DNA from: the human T2T-CHM13v2.0 reference genome, Homo sapiens
Assembly: GCF_009914755.1 (NCBI RefSeq)
Contig: NC_060934.1
Strand: one strand, 5' to 3'
Length of the DNA stretch: 64,000 nt
Shown: positions 1 to 16,562 of the stretch, piece by piece
Numbering within the stretch: the stretch's first letter is position 1
Layout: every line of letters starts with the position of its first letter
Made by a program: the position numbers and the translations under genes
The notes under the pieces: generated by a model
The model's database searches: none
The model's input: only the letters and a program-made list of their open reading frames with translations
What the model was told of the DNA's origin: nothing

Positions 1-223
1 CAACCTCCACCTCCCAGGCTCAAGCCATCCTCCCACCTCAGCCTCCCAAGTAGCTGGGGCTACAGGCATGCATCACCATGCCCGGCTAAATTTTTTGTAT
101 TTTTTGCAGAGATGAGGTCTTGCTATGTTGCCCAGGCTGGTCTTGAACTCCTGGATCAAGCAATCCGCCTGCCTCAGCCTCCCAAAGTGCTAGGATTAGA
201 GGCGTGAGCCACTGTGCCCAGCC
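1..223 (-). mobile_element. Alu (AluJ-like), truncated by the window edge
   Basis: Reverse Alu sequence ending gagccactgtgcccagcc. Confidence 0.9.
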
Positions 224-1795
224 TTACAGCTTGTTATAATATAGACTGCTGTATTATAACAGCAGAAACTCCCATCCTCAAGAGTTTCCCGATTGAAGCA
301 GGTCTAGAAGGGACCTGAGAATCTGTATTTCTAACTAATTCTCAGATACTGATTGTCTGGGGATGACACTCTGAAAACCACTGTTCTAGGACAGCAGTTT
401 TCACACTTTTTGGTCTTAGGGTCCACTCTTAGACAACCCCAAAAGCCTTTTGTTGACATGGGTTATAGCTGTAGATAATTACCATATTAGATACTGAAAC
501 TGATATATCTTTAAAACATATGAATACACAAGTACACATTTCATTAGGAGTCAAAGCAATGACTTTATCATACTTCATGCAGCTTCTAGAAAATTCTACC
601 GTATAGTTATAACAGAATGAGAATGAAAAGGACAAATAATGAATAGAGCTCTGACCTCAAAAACTTCATGAAAGGATCTTGGTAATCCTCAGGGGTCCCT
701 TAACCATATTTTGAGAACTAGTGCTCTAGGGTAAATATGTAGAAATGAAATTGATAAATCTAGGGTAGGTACATGTTCAACTTGACTAGGTATCAATAAA
801 TTACTTTCTGAAGTGAGTGTATACATTAATAAACTCCCACCAGCAATTTGCTTTCCTCACCAACACACATCCTCACCAACACTGGTACTAGCTAACTTCT
901 ACCTTTTTACCTGTCTGCTGGATATAAAATAGTATCTCACTGTGGTTTTAATTTTAATTCTTCTGGTTATTAATTGGGTTGAGGCTATTTTTTTCTCACA
1001 GATTTTCTACCAACAATTTCTATTCTTAGGGTCTTCATTTTACTACCTCCTTTCTCCCTTTTCCTTGGTATGTGCAAATGTTTGGAAAAGATGTTGTTAG
1101 ACAGCTTTATTTCACTTAACCTGAAACTCAGCTCTCATTATTTGAAACACCTCATTATCCATTTCTACCCAGATTACTGTGATTGTGTATTTCTAGACTC
1201 AATGGTTTTTACATTGACATTTAAAATATATTTAAAATTCCTTATATGCTCAGTTCAGTCATCCCCAACTTGTGAACAATTTAAATGCATTTTATCGAGA
1301 AAACTATTTCATGGCATCCTGAGATGTCATAAAAACTGGGCCATATCAGAGTTTTTCAAACTATGATCCACAGGAAAGCCTCAGAGTACCCCATCCCACA
1401 CATATCGTTTGCCTTTCAATTTTTCTCCTCCTGTCCCCACCTTCACCCTGATCCTTTGACTGTTGTATATACCAGAGAGTTCCAAATTAAGTTTCACTTG
1501 TGCGGGGCAGGGGGGATTAGACTAGAAAAATCTAAACAAACAACAAATTAAAAACACATTAAGTTGGTTATAAACCAAGCATTTCATATTATAGAAAAAG
1601 TTGTTTTATATTTGTTTACTGTATAAGTGCAGAAGCCTTTCACCAGAAGTTAGTGATATTAGATTTAATACTTTAAACTTTGTATTATCACCTGCAACCT
1701 AATAACTATAAAAGCCAGCACTCTACTAGCACAGAGGAGTTTATTATGAATTATGTAAAGTGAGTTCAATGGCTCCAATGGCTATGCAATCTCAC

Positions 1796-1876
1796 CTATC
1801 ACAGTGCTCACTGGGAGAAGTGGTGCCAGAGGTGGTGCTGGTGGAGCTCCAGAAGGAGGAGGGACAGAAATGTTTT
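1796..1876 (-). CDS. ABI1: ABI1 exon 8 (81 nt, phase 1-1 cassette): ENISVPPPSGAPPAPPLAPLLPVSTVI
   Basis: In frame after exon 7. Acceptor tattag|AA, donor TAG|GTGAGA. Symmetric and proline-rich. Confidence 0.92.
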
Positions 1877-2521
1877 CTAATAAAATAGTTTATAATTCAG
1901 GTCAGAGTACAAGAAAAGAAAACTCAACATTTTGAAACAGCAAGAAAGTACAATGTATCGGGAAGAAAAAGAAAAAAGATACCCCCATGTAAAGCATGCT
2001 CAAATGAGTATGAATTTTGTACATAAAGAGGCTACCGAGTTTATACCTGCCTTAACTATCAAATATGCCTATGTTTATAAGTGGCTTTTTCTCCTTTTTC
2101 AAAAATATGCTTGAAAAGCTAAGAATTTCTTTCCTAACATTTTTCATTATCATACTTTAAAAATATACATTTTTAACAATATAAAAAGTCTCCATTTCAT
2201 TTACTAAAAATCAAGGGGCTAATTCAATGCTCTCCAAGGATTTCTTAAATTTTCATGCTTTCTAAAAGTAACTTTCCTATCTTAATTTTATTTTACATTT
2301 ATTGCATTTTACTGAAATATATATTGAATATCATAGATAAATGTAGTAAAGTCACAAAATAAGCAAACACCAGAGTAGATACTGGCCTGTAAAGCAACAT
2401 TAAAACTCTTAGAAACATAATTCACCTTTATAGACACTGATTCTCCAGCTGGAGTATCGTACAATACTGGTTTGCTCTTGAAATAATAAATGTCATTCTT
2501 GACTAGTATGCGAGGCAAATA

Positions 2522-2860
2522 CAGTCAGCCCTCCATATCCATGGGTTCCTCATCCCTGGATTCAATCAACCATAGATCAAAAATATTTCAGGGAAAAAAA
2601 TAGATGGCTACATCTGTCCTGAACATGTGCAGACTTATTTTTCTTGTCACTATTCCCTAAACAATACAGTATAACTATTTAAGTAGCACTTAATATTTTA
2701 TTAGGTATTACAAGTAATCTAGAGATGATTTAAAGAATATGAGAGGATGTGTGTAGGTTATATGCAAATACTACACCAGTTTATAGAAAGGACTTGAGCA
2801 TCCATGCATTTTGGTATCCGCAGGGGACCTTGGAACCAATCCCCCATGGACACTGAGGAA
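2522..2860. mobile_element. MER2-family Tigger MITE; a further fragment at ~3336-3530
   Basis: cagtcagccctccatatccatgggttc...ggaaccaatcccccatgga. Confidence 0.75.
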
Positions 2861-3065
2861 TGAATATATTTCTAAAGCAAAATGGCCAACAAAAAGTTAT
2901 TTAACAAAACTACTTAATATGCAGTATATATAAGGAGAAACAGCTGGTGAAATCCTAAAGACTTTGTGAAAAGCAATCTAAAAATATTGTTAACTTTGTT
3001 ATCAGCCTTTATTCTAGCAACGATCACAAATTTAATTAATAATTTTACTCAATATGACTAATTTA

Positions 3066-3269
<204 letters not shown>

Positions 3270-3534
3270 CTAGAGACATATTTAAAAAAAAACTGTAATC
3301 ACCCAAGGCCACTAAATACTCCTTTTATGTCATATAGTCATCCCTCAGTATCCTTGGAGGACTGGTTTCAAGAGCCCCCTTGGATACCAAAACCCATGGA
3401 TGTTCAAGTCCTGCAGTTGGCCCTACAGAACCAGTGGACATGAAACATTGGTTTTCCTTATCTACAGGTTCTGCATCCCATGAATACTGTATTTTCAACC
3501 CGAGACTGCCTTACTCTGGGGATGCAGAACCTGA

Positions 3535-3672
3535 GGAAGAGGGGAAGGGAAGGAGGGAGGGAGGAAGGGAAAGGAGAGAGGGAGGGAGGGAGGGAGAGTG
3601 GGAGGGAGAGTGGGAGGGAAAGTGGTAGGCAATGGGAGGGTTGGTGGGTGCAGGTGGGTGGGGGTGTGTGTG
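3535..3672 (+). repeat. G-rich low-complexity (GGGA/GGGT)n tract
   Basis: More than 15 GGG runs on the + strand. Confidence 0.9.
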
Positions 3673-4632
3673 TAACAAGAAATTTTTAAGTTATTCATCA
3701 CAAATCTTAATCCTAATATTTGAAATGGTTTCCTCTACTTCTCAACCTATCTGGAACCAATATAATGATAACACAGTACTTAAAACCATCTCTGTTGAAA
3801 TATTTATCACCAACAAAATCTTATAGTACGAGTCAACAATTGTTTATTCAAAACCTGCTATGAAGAGCAGTGAACAATGCAGTCATGAACTACACCATCT
3901 GAAGTTCATAATGGGAAAACTGACATGAAAAGGTAATGTAATAGATACAACAAAAGAGAAAGTACAAATGATGTGGAAGTAAATTAAAAGGGTACTCCGT
4001 TCTAGTCTAAAATTAATATGAAACTTCCTCTCATCTCAAAGAAAGGTGATAACATAGGGAAATTTTCTGGAAAATAAGCATAACGACAAAGAAAGACAAT
4101 AGTGAAGTTTCAGTGTGGACATTCTGGAATAGTTGCTACTGATAAACTCTAACCAACTCCTCGCTATTCTACTTCCTGTGGATGTACTGTCCTGTTAGCT
4201 CTAGGACCTGGCTCCCTCTAGTTGTTTCTAGTAAGGTATAAGATCTTGTGCCATCCAGTTGTTTATAGTAATGTGTGTACATGTGTAAAAACATATATTT
4301 GTGCACATGCAGCCTTAGGCTCCATATTATGTTTTAAAATCTACATAATTTGCTCAATAAGCCCAGAAATTCAAAGGGCAAAGATTTGCAATGCCTGGAT
4401 AAGATTTTTATTTTCTTCTGCAATATGATCATTCTATAATTAGATTATCATATGTTAATGGAAGAAAAAGAAAAAAGTCATTTATAAAACAGACATAGCT
4501 TAGATGTGAAGACCTCCCTAACTCCCTCAAGCCAGGTGATCAATACTTAGCTTTGTGCTACCACTGCATCATAGACATATGAATATTTATGCTCTTATTA
4601 TGCTCCTCTTCAATTACTGTCTTTTTTCCAAC

Positions 4633-4967
4633 AAGGGGTTGGCAAATTATGGCCTGTGGGCTAAAACTGGTCCATTGCCTGATTTTTACTACCTGTGAGT
4701 TAAGAATGTTTTTTATATTTTTTAATAGTTAAAAAAATCAAGAGGAATAATATTTTGTAACACATTAAAATTATATGAAATTAGAATGTCAGTGCTATAA
4801 ATAAAGTTTTACTGGAACACAGCCACATTCATTTACGTATTGTCAATGGCTGCTTTTGTGCTACAATGACAGATCTGAGTAATTGCATCAGAAACCATAT
4901 ATATGGCCCACGAATCCTAAAATATTGACAATCTGGCCCTTTATAGAAAAAGTTTGCTGATCCCTGT
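4633..4967. mobile_element. MER58-type hAT MITE; a second copy at ~48418-48643
   Basis: aggggttggcaaattatggcc...aaagtttgctgatccctg termini. Confidence 0.75.
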
Positions 4968-5680
4968 TCTAACAGAATGAGCTCTTGAAAAAAGAACTAT
5001 GCCCTATTGACAAATGCCTAGTATCTAATGAAACAACACTTAATAACTGCTTGTTGAATATGATTAAACTATGCTTCCACTATAGAGAAAAACTATACTT
5101 TGATCCAAGAGTTCAATAACAACAAAGAGAACAATTTTGTTCCTCAAAGAACTTGACCTGATACAGTAACTGCAGATATCAACTTAACAATTTGTTTACT
5201 AACAGCACCAATAGTAATAAATACCGCTTACCTAGCATCTCGCATCTTGATATACCCTATTTAGTGGAATTCCCATAAATCATTTTGATAAGTTATCTCT
5301 CATTTACCAACCTAAGAGTGAAGGCAAAAGAGAGGTTCCCTGCCCACGTTATTAAGTGAGAGAGAAAACTGAAGAATAAAACAAATTTGGTTATATAATA
5401 AATTTATCTGGTTTTATAAAGCACTCAAAAATTGAAGTGGCTATATTTTGGGGGAAGAAGGTCGAGGCGATAACCAGGAAGGAGCATGAGGGGCTTCTGG
5501 GTTGCTGGTAATGTTCCATTTTCTGATCTGGGTGATGGTTATATGAGTGTGTGTCCATTCATCAAGCTGTATACTTACTGAAGTGGATACTTTTCTGAAT
5601 GCTTGTTATGCTCTGTAACTAAATTTTTAAAAACCCACCGGGTAATTGACTTTTAGGACATTTAAAAATAATAAATACAA

Positions 5681-6515
<835 letters not shown>

Positions 6516-6766
6516 CTATCAAAAGGAGGAAATACAAACAATCCATTAATAGTACAAATAGATGTTTTAAAAAGTTAAAAAAACAAAACAAAACAGAAGT
6601 TATAACACAAACTTACAGGAACATATATAATATTATTCCCCCAACTTTTACATTTTATATTAGCATTAGAGTGGCACCTCACCTTTACTCAGCACCTCCA
6701 TAGGAGTTTGTCGCCAGTCAGTTACACCCACTTTAGAGATGTTGAGATACTCAACCTAAAGGCTTA

Positions 6767-7054
<288 letters not shown>

Positions 7055-8159
7055 TCACTGGGATATATGAATTTTGTTACTTTAACATGAAAACTAAAAT
7101 TTGTTACCTTTTCCTAGGAAAAACATAGGAAAGGGTAATTTAAAGTCCTAACCTTATTTCTAAAAATTATGGTTATAATTTTTTAAATGCTCAATAATAG
7201 CAAACTTTAAAATGTACATTTTTCTCAGTACAGTCACCCATAAGCCACTGTTCTTTAAACAGGAAGCTAAATTTATTTACATAGGAAGCTGCAATTTATT
7301 CCCATCTCAATATGGCAATAAATGGAGATATACATTCTAATCATTACTTTCTCAATAAATGATTTCGACTATTCTGTTTAATAACTTCATTTTTTTTTTC
7401 AGGGGCAGAGGGTTTAATGAATAAAAATGAAAACTAAGACCTTCTTAAAAGAAGACTGATTGTTGAACAACCCCTCTGCCAAAAAATAAGAAATCCAATA
7501 TAATATTTCCAGTATTAAGAAAAACAACCTTAAAGAAATATAATGCTTTGACAAGTATTCGCTATATTTAGTACACTGAGAACTAGGAAGGAAGAAGCCA
7601 CTGTTATCTTTTCTACTTGCCCAACTGGCCTTCCCATGGAGCTACTCTAGTGTGAAGAGGCCTAAGATTACCAGCAGAAGCATAGTTACAAGTAAAGTGC
7701 ATACTTTCCTAAAGTAAAGAGTCCCTAAGTCTCAGACACCAATAGGCGAAACAGAAGAGCTGTGGACTAAGCCATACTACACAAAAGTAGACCACTAGTC
7801 AAAGTTCTACAATATAGATACTGTAAACACATGCAAAGGCACCATTTGGAATACTCTAATCATTCCATTTAAAACAAACAAGTCAGATTTATATTTTTTA
7901 AAAATTAGATGACAAAAAAATAAATCATGCCATTTATACATACATAAAAACTTTCCTAGTACAGATTATAGAGAATATTACAAAGCTGGCAGATTCATTT
8001 GGGATTCTGTTCAGGAAAATAGGAATTAAAATGAATTTGTAAAAGGTAGCGTCACATAGAGAGGGTAGTGTGGCATGGATCCCATACACTTACTTAAGTC
8101 ACAGAAACATCTTTTCCTTTAGCATATGAATTCTTTTGCAAAATGTAGTTGAATTCTTA

Positions 8160-8261
<102 letters not shown>

Positions 8262-8990
8262 CTAAAATGTAGAAAGAAATGCTTTTATTTTTATATCAAA
8301 TTGTTCTCCTGGTGTTTTAACACCATGTATTATTTTTTTTAAATATCAGAATGTGAATTAAGGATTCCCAGACAGTTTGAATAAAGACTTTGGTACTACA
8401 GTTTAAAAAGTCAAGGAACCACTTGCACTTGGTCTTCCTATTATTTTATGCCATTTATATCACATTGTAGCCAAATACAGGTGAGATGACTGGATTTAAT
8501 ATCTTATTTTATTGTTAAACATGTTCACTGAGATCAAACTTATCTGCATTCAAACACTGGGTTTCCTAAAATTTTTGAAATGTGTGCATGAACACAAACT
8601 ATAGATCTTACTTGTCAATTTGCTCAAATACGCATCTGAAAAATCATCTTCATCCTAACAATTCAGTAACAAAGTCACATATGATGTCTGGGAAACCTCC
8701 TAATTGTAAGTCAATGAAAGCAAGGCAACTATCGAAAAATGAGCAAAGCAATAAATGTTAGCAAAATTAATGTTCCTATATAAACACAGATGTCAATATA
8801 TCATTGATATATTAACACAGCCAAGCTAAATGTTGCTTATTTGAACTGAACTTGAGTATTAAATAATCTACATAAATCCTACAGGGAAAAGCAGACAGAC
8901 ATAAGAAGAGTTTTCAAATTTTAGTGGCTCTGCAGCCTCTATCAATACAGAGGAAATACTGTGGATCAAATGATAAGTAATGGCTCTTAC

Positions 8991-9005
8991 CTTGGCTTTT
9001 AGCCA
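8991..9005 (-). CDS. ABI1: ABI1 exon 4, 15-nt alternative microexon encoding WLKAK
   Basis: TGGCTAAAAGCCAAG flanked by gtaaag| and |GTAAGA. Supplies the WLKAK between GHGVK and HGNNQ in long ABI1 isoforms. Confidence 0.93.
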
Positions 9006-10705
9006 CTTTACGTTGGCAAAAAAAGGGGGGGAAAAAGTAGACATTAATGCTAGGTAAGTTATATCCGATAGGACAGGTTTACATTTACAGTTACTCAATT
9101 CATGTTAATAAGCTTTTTTCCAGCCATGTTTCAACTACTTTGTAAAGAAAAAGAGATCCATACGTACTGGGGAAATACTCATGTGTTTCATGTATTTTTC
9201 AAAAGAATTATATTCATAAGGAAACCACCACTTAATTATTCCAATCTCATGCAGGCTCAATGATTTTTTAAGTCAGTATTTTGTCCTATGGAACTAATCC
9301 AACCGAGTAACAGATGATTTTAAAAATACGCTCATTTAAATACAAACACCATAACACATTAGATGTGAAGCTATTTTAACATATCGGTGCATGAGACCTA
9401 ACACTTTACTGGATAATGAATGTCCAAGTATGAGTATTCATTACTTCAATGGTAGTATAGTTTAAAAAGTGATAAACTGCAAACATTAAAATTCAAAACC
9501 ACAGATTGCTTCCAAAAATGAAAAAAGGACCTAGTATCTCGATGTTTAAAAACAAATTCATCATGCACAGTGATAACTTAGCCAGATTCTAACTAAGAAA
9601 TAAACAAACAGGGTCTGGAAAACTCTCTCATTCCTAGCTTCTGAACCCCAATCCTGTGCAGGCCAACACTAATAGGAAGTTCTAAGTAGCTTTAGTTCTA
9701 AGTTTTCATCTGAGCCAGTTAAGTCAAAATTCAAAGTTGAAGAAAAGTTGTTTTGATCCTAAAGGCTACTTCTATTAAAGCTGACTAGCCTACACAACAT
9801 GAAACAATGTGTAGTCCTAAAGCATCACTACTTGTACAATGCCACTAAAAAAAAATATCTTCAGGTTTTAGAGTCTAATTTTTTACAGATTTGGGGGCTT
9901 CAAGCTTTTTTTTTTTTTAAATAACATCTGACATTCTCAACAAGTAACTACCATTTTTCAGGTGGCCACAAGGCAGTATCAAAGGAAATCATCCAAAGGA
10001 GAGATTTGGTGTCTTTTGGATACATTCTCATTTATAGAAACTGTGCGAGAAATTTGGTACACTTCAATATTTGTTTAAAATGATACTGCTTACTTCTATC
10101 TGGAAACAACATCTGGTACCCTACCTAACCATGACATTTCACATCTAGAGAATAAATTTTGAGTATAACATTATTAGGATCCTTGAAGATAAAATACACT
10201 AATGTATACTTCAGTATCTGTATTATGATATATACTATACATGTATAGTATATACTTACATAGCAATGTATATCTTATAATGTATATACATAATACTAAA
10301 TACTATCCTAAAATAACCAAGAAAATATTCTAAATATGTCCACATATCTTCCTTCATTTGTCATTTCAAGTGGATAAGAAACAAAAAAATTAGCATTCAA
10401 GTATAAGCTGGTCCCAAATGGAAAGAATAAAAGAAGAATTAGATTGGGAATGAAAATTCTACTTGAACTCTGTGCTACTATGCAATGGTATAAGCTTTAA
10501 CCTCTTATGAAGTTCGGCCTCCTCTATTAAGTGTTATTAGACATGCAGATGTGTCAATGTTGGCAAGTGTTAGTAGGAAATAACCTCTACATCTTACACC
10601 TCAAAATACTAATATTTTTGTTAGAAATCTATAAAATTTTTTATTTAAATATCCCCAAAATATATCCAAAATGAAACTTTTTTATTTCCTTAAGATCTCA
10701 TTTCA

Positions 10706-11415
<710 letters not shown>

Positions 11416-11525
11416 AAGGCCAATTCTTTCTTTGAAATGATTCTTAACTCACTCCTCTGCTTTATAAAATAAAAATTAAAAAAAAATCTTCCTATGTAAA
11501 CATTATAAAGCTTTAGTTTCTACAC

Positions 11526-11841
11526 TGTTTTAAAAAAATTAATCAGAAAGCCATTAGGCTGAGACCATTAGGCTGAGACGGCTCCAGCATTCTGGGTTCC
11601 TACTTAGGCAAACCAAAACACAATTAAAAGAAACTTAATCAGAAACCTCCAACTAACCTCTAACTAGGAACTTTACTAATCAGAAACCACAATTAACTTC
11701 TAACCAATCAAATATTTTGCTTGTCTTGCTTTCTTGAACTTCTACCTGCTTCATGTCTCCTGTGGTCTGAAGCTGCCCGATTCATGAATCACTGTAAACT
11801 AAAACTCCAAAAAAAGTAACACATCTAAGCTTATCTTTTAA
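11526..11841 (+). mobile_element. ERV1-type (MER4-group) solo LTR remnant
   Basis: ccaatcaaatatttt...ctgcccgattcatgaatc...tatcttttaa. Confidence 0.55.
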
Positions 11842-11921
11842 GACCAATAATAAAATCTAACAACTCCTAGATCACGTAATCTTTTGAAGCTTAAAAACAA
11901 GCACACAAACACACAGTAATC

Positions 11922-12249
11922 CAGTCATCCCTTGGTATATCAAGGAGGCTTGGTTCCAGGACCCCCATGGATACCAAAATCCAAGGATGCTCAAATCCCT
12001 CATATAAACTGGTGTAGTATACGCATATAACTAACACTACCCTCCAGTATACTTTACATCATCTCTCAATTACTTATAATACCTAATACAAGGTAAATGG
12101 TATGTAAATAGTAGTTATATTGTATTTATTTGTATTATTTTTTACTCTTGTATTGTCCTCGTATTTTTTACTTTTTCTTTCTGGAATTTTTTTATCCAAG
12201 GTTGGCTAAATCCACAGATGCAAACTTAGAGATACAAAGGGCCAACTAC
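11922..12249. mobile_element. MER2 Tigger MITE
   Basis: cagtcatcccttggtat...ggttccaggaccccc...gggccaacta. Confidence 0.78.
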
Positions 12250-14923
12250 ATATGAAAAGTCCTTTGTAAATTATGATCCAGGCTGTTAATTATTACTAGT
12301 GTTCATCAAAATAAATGTAAATTTCTTTGCTAAGTATTCAAGCCTTCTCTATTCTAGCTTCCTCTCAAACCTTGTGCTCACTTACAAAGATCATCTTCTT
12401 TTCATTCTCCTTTATGAATAGGTTCTGGTAGTTTCTCTATGCTGGGATTCTCTTATACATATCTTATTATTATTCCCAAAAATCGAACCAGATTTACTTT
12501 GGGATATTTTGCATATTTTTAAATTCCTATTAAACTAACATGTACCGTTTATTTCATAGCATAAAATGCATTAACACAGTAAATACTATTTAAATAAAAC
12601 CCAGATATATTTAAATACAAATACCAAAACACTAAAATTTACATCACAAAATAAGAAAATGCAATGGAATATTAATCTTGGAGTATGGCAATCGTAAGCA
12701 TGAAGCCTAGTAGCGATAAGAAAAATATTAATATATTTAGATATAATTTTTAAAATTCTGTATGTTTATTTCTTAAATACCAGAAAACATCAAAGTCAAA
12801 AGCCAAACAGCAATATGAGTAAATATTTGCCAATATATGAGGGTCTACTCTCTTCAAACAGAAAACAAAGGATTCTTACAAGTCAGTAAGAAAAGAAACT
12901 TCTAAATAGAAAAGTGGGCAAAAGATACAAAAATAATTCGAAAGCTGTAAGCAATGTCTCACTATCCTCAAAACACTAATTTTAAAATAAACTTAAACTT
13001 TTCCTTCTAATAATTTTGGCCTGGCATGTGTTCATTAACTACTACCAAAATTTCTACCTTTACACATCTCTACAATGCTCTGGAAATATTTAAGCCAACA
13101 ATGATCCTTTAGAGAGAACACAAAACTAAGAAAATAAAGCAGCATTAAGACTACTGGGGAAAAGTAATTGTATGTATGTGTGTATTTTTCAGTCACAGAA
13201 ACAAACTATAGACAAATATGCCAAATAATCAGCTTCTAAAATATATTCTTCTCACAGACCATGCACCTTCATCCCTCGCCAAAAATATATTTTAAAATAG
13301 CCTGCACAACAATGTGAATGTACTTAATGTCACAGAACTATACACCTAAAAAGAGTTAGTCATTTTATGTTATGTGTATCTCACCACAATAAAAAAATCT
13401 AAAAAAAAAACCAAGCCCCCCAACCCTGTGTCTAATGTATCCATATTATGGCTAGAAAGCAGATTTCCAAAATTCACATTCATATACTTTCAGCATATAT
13501 TATGCTGTTTACACCTCCCACTTACACATATACGATGAAATAGTTAAATTTTCTCACCCAAAACTTCCTTGTAAAATTTGGATTCATCTTATACTCAGCT
13601 AAGTACTATGTTTTGAAATGTTAAACACAATTACTCGTTGAGGGATAAGGTAATGGAGGATATTCACTACTAAGACAATGACAGAAAAAATTTTTAATAA
13701 ATATGTATTGCTTTGGTAGGAAGAATAATCAAGGTGAGGCAAAATGGGGAGAAGTGAGTGCGAGTGTGTGCGTGTGCAAGTATGTGTGTGCACATATACA
13801 GGTATGTATGTATACATACATGCATGCATGAATATATCCTTTTTCTTTAAATCCCAAGGTGGATAGTAACACAAAAGACATTTTCCCCAGATTCTCGAAA
13901 CTCCAATCCCAGAGATCAGTCTAGTTTAAAGCACCTTGAATTAAAACTGAATTTCAGCTCTTATACAATCCTAGCCACATCCCTGGATAAAAACACAAGA
14001 AATAAACAAGCAGTCACCTCTGCATTTGCAATGTGTTCCAATTTTACATACAATTTCCAGACATAAAAAGTGAAGAGGAGATTCCAATAGTCTCAGAGAG
14101 GGGCAGAATAAAGGTCAATGCTGTCAGCTATACTCCTCTCTCGACCAGGAACCCCAGAAAATCCAGAATGTAACAGATCTAGCAACAGCACCAGTCAGAT
14201 CAATCAGCTAGGACAAGCTTCAAGATTCTAGCTGACCCCTTAAAAACTTATAAAATATTCTGAAGACCAGAATCCAAATCAAATAGTCCTCTTGGAAAGG
14301 AACTACCAAATTTCAAAGGAATAGTTTATCCTGAGCAGAGACAGCGAAAGAATTTTGGTCATTCCAAATGCTTGCAAAATGACCCATAAATACCAAAAAG
14401 CTGACACACTACAGGTATCCTTCAAGATCAGCTAATTTCCCATGCTTAGAAATGAACACAGGCAACACATCATATCTCTCCTGAAAATCTGTTGGGGGTT
14501 TTTTTGTGGGGGAGATTGGGGGGCATTAAGACAAAATTACATACAATTTTCATTTTTTAATAAGTTGCTGGCATTATAGATACACACACAGGTATACAAA
14601 TATATATACATATTTAGAAATGAAACGATAAAAGTATTTATAAATTATTTTCTAAAGTAATTTTGAAAAGCATGTAGACTTTTATTTTTAAATGTTCAGT
14701 AGTGAAAGAAAGACATAGAATTCACAACACAAATGGGTAATATTTGTCTAGGATTTATGGCTTAATAACCATTTCTAATTTTAATATCTTTTTAATACAG
14801 CCTATTCAACTGATAAAATTGCACCCCAACCTTAGTAAAATTCATATTAAATATTGTATGAAAATTATAATGCCAGCTGCTAAAGAGAATCTATTAAAAT
14901 CATCTTTATGACAATATTTCCTA

Positions 14924-15157
<234 letters not shown>

Positions 15158-15413
15158 CTATATTTTAATTTGAACAAAACAAGAAAATATTATTTGACAT
15201 AATATGTTTGCTATCCATATACACTGGACCATATTTAGGACAGACCACAGGGCTGTACACCATATGTCTATTTTCCAGTGAATACTATTAAATTATACTA
15301 GGCTAAAAGCAGAGAATATTTAGTGGTGGTTTAAAGCACCAACTAATGTAATGGATTTGATTCTAAAACAATTCTCTGGAAAGCAGTTTTCTTTCCTAAC
15401 AATTTGGTATGTG

Positions 15414-15755
<342 letters not shown>

Positions 15756-16562
15756 TTATTTATTCAGTGTGATGCAGAACCTCCCCACACACCCCCCAAA
15801 AAAGTAATTACAACACAATGAGGCAAGTGCTATAATGACATATGCACAGTTCATTCAAAATTACTATAAAGGTGCTGAGAACAAGACAACTAACTAGGTT
15901 GAAAAGGGTTCATTTAATGGCTTTACAGAGTAGGTACCTACTCTGTACCTACTCTGTACAAAGGATAAACAGGAGTCAAGAGGTAGATATGAAAAATATT
16001 AAAGGCAGAGAGAATAACATCCTGCAGACAAAGGTTTAAGAGAGAAAAATGGTAAGAGCAGATATAAACTGTCAGCAAGCAGCCTAGACACCTGTTTGGT
16101 AGAGCCTACCTAGGACTGGTCTACAAGACTTTTTAAAAATATTTTTTTAATTTAGTTGCCAACTTAAAACTGGATAGTAACCAGCACATGAGAAATAATT
16201 ATACAACTGCTCAACAACTTAAAATCTGGCTTAATAAGGAACTGATGACAAATTTAAATTGAGTGACATGATCACCTCTGCATTTTAAGAAGATCCCACT
16301 AGCAGAGGTATTGAAGACAGAAAGAACAAGACTGCAGAGAGTGAAACCAATTAAGGGGCAATTGTGGCAGTCTAGGTGAGACGAGGCCAGGATATGAACT
16401 GAAGTAGGAAAAAGAAAAAAAAAAAAAAAGGTACTCCCATGGAAAAGAACAGCTCAATGTTACGCTTGAATCAGATCTATTATGATTCTATCTTATTTCA
16501 TCAGAACTTTTTAATCGAGAAAGAACTTCTAATCAAAAATGCTATCCCAATTCCAAACCAAG

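Noticed and set aside
8791-8817. AT-rich inverted repeat downstream of the microexon
   Set aside because: Short AT-only stem, expected by chance at this base composition.
13760-13830. 18-bp perfect palindrome and TGCATG repeats
   Set aside because: Explained by alternating purine-pyrimidine low-complexity sequence, and far from regulated exons.
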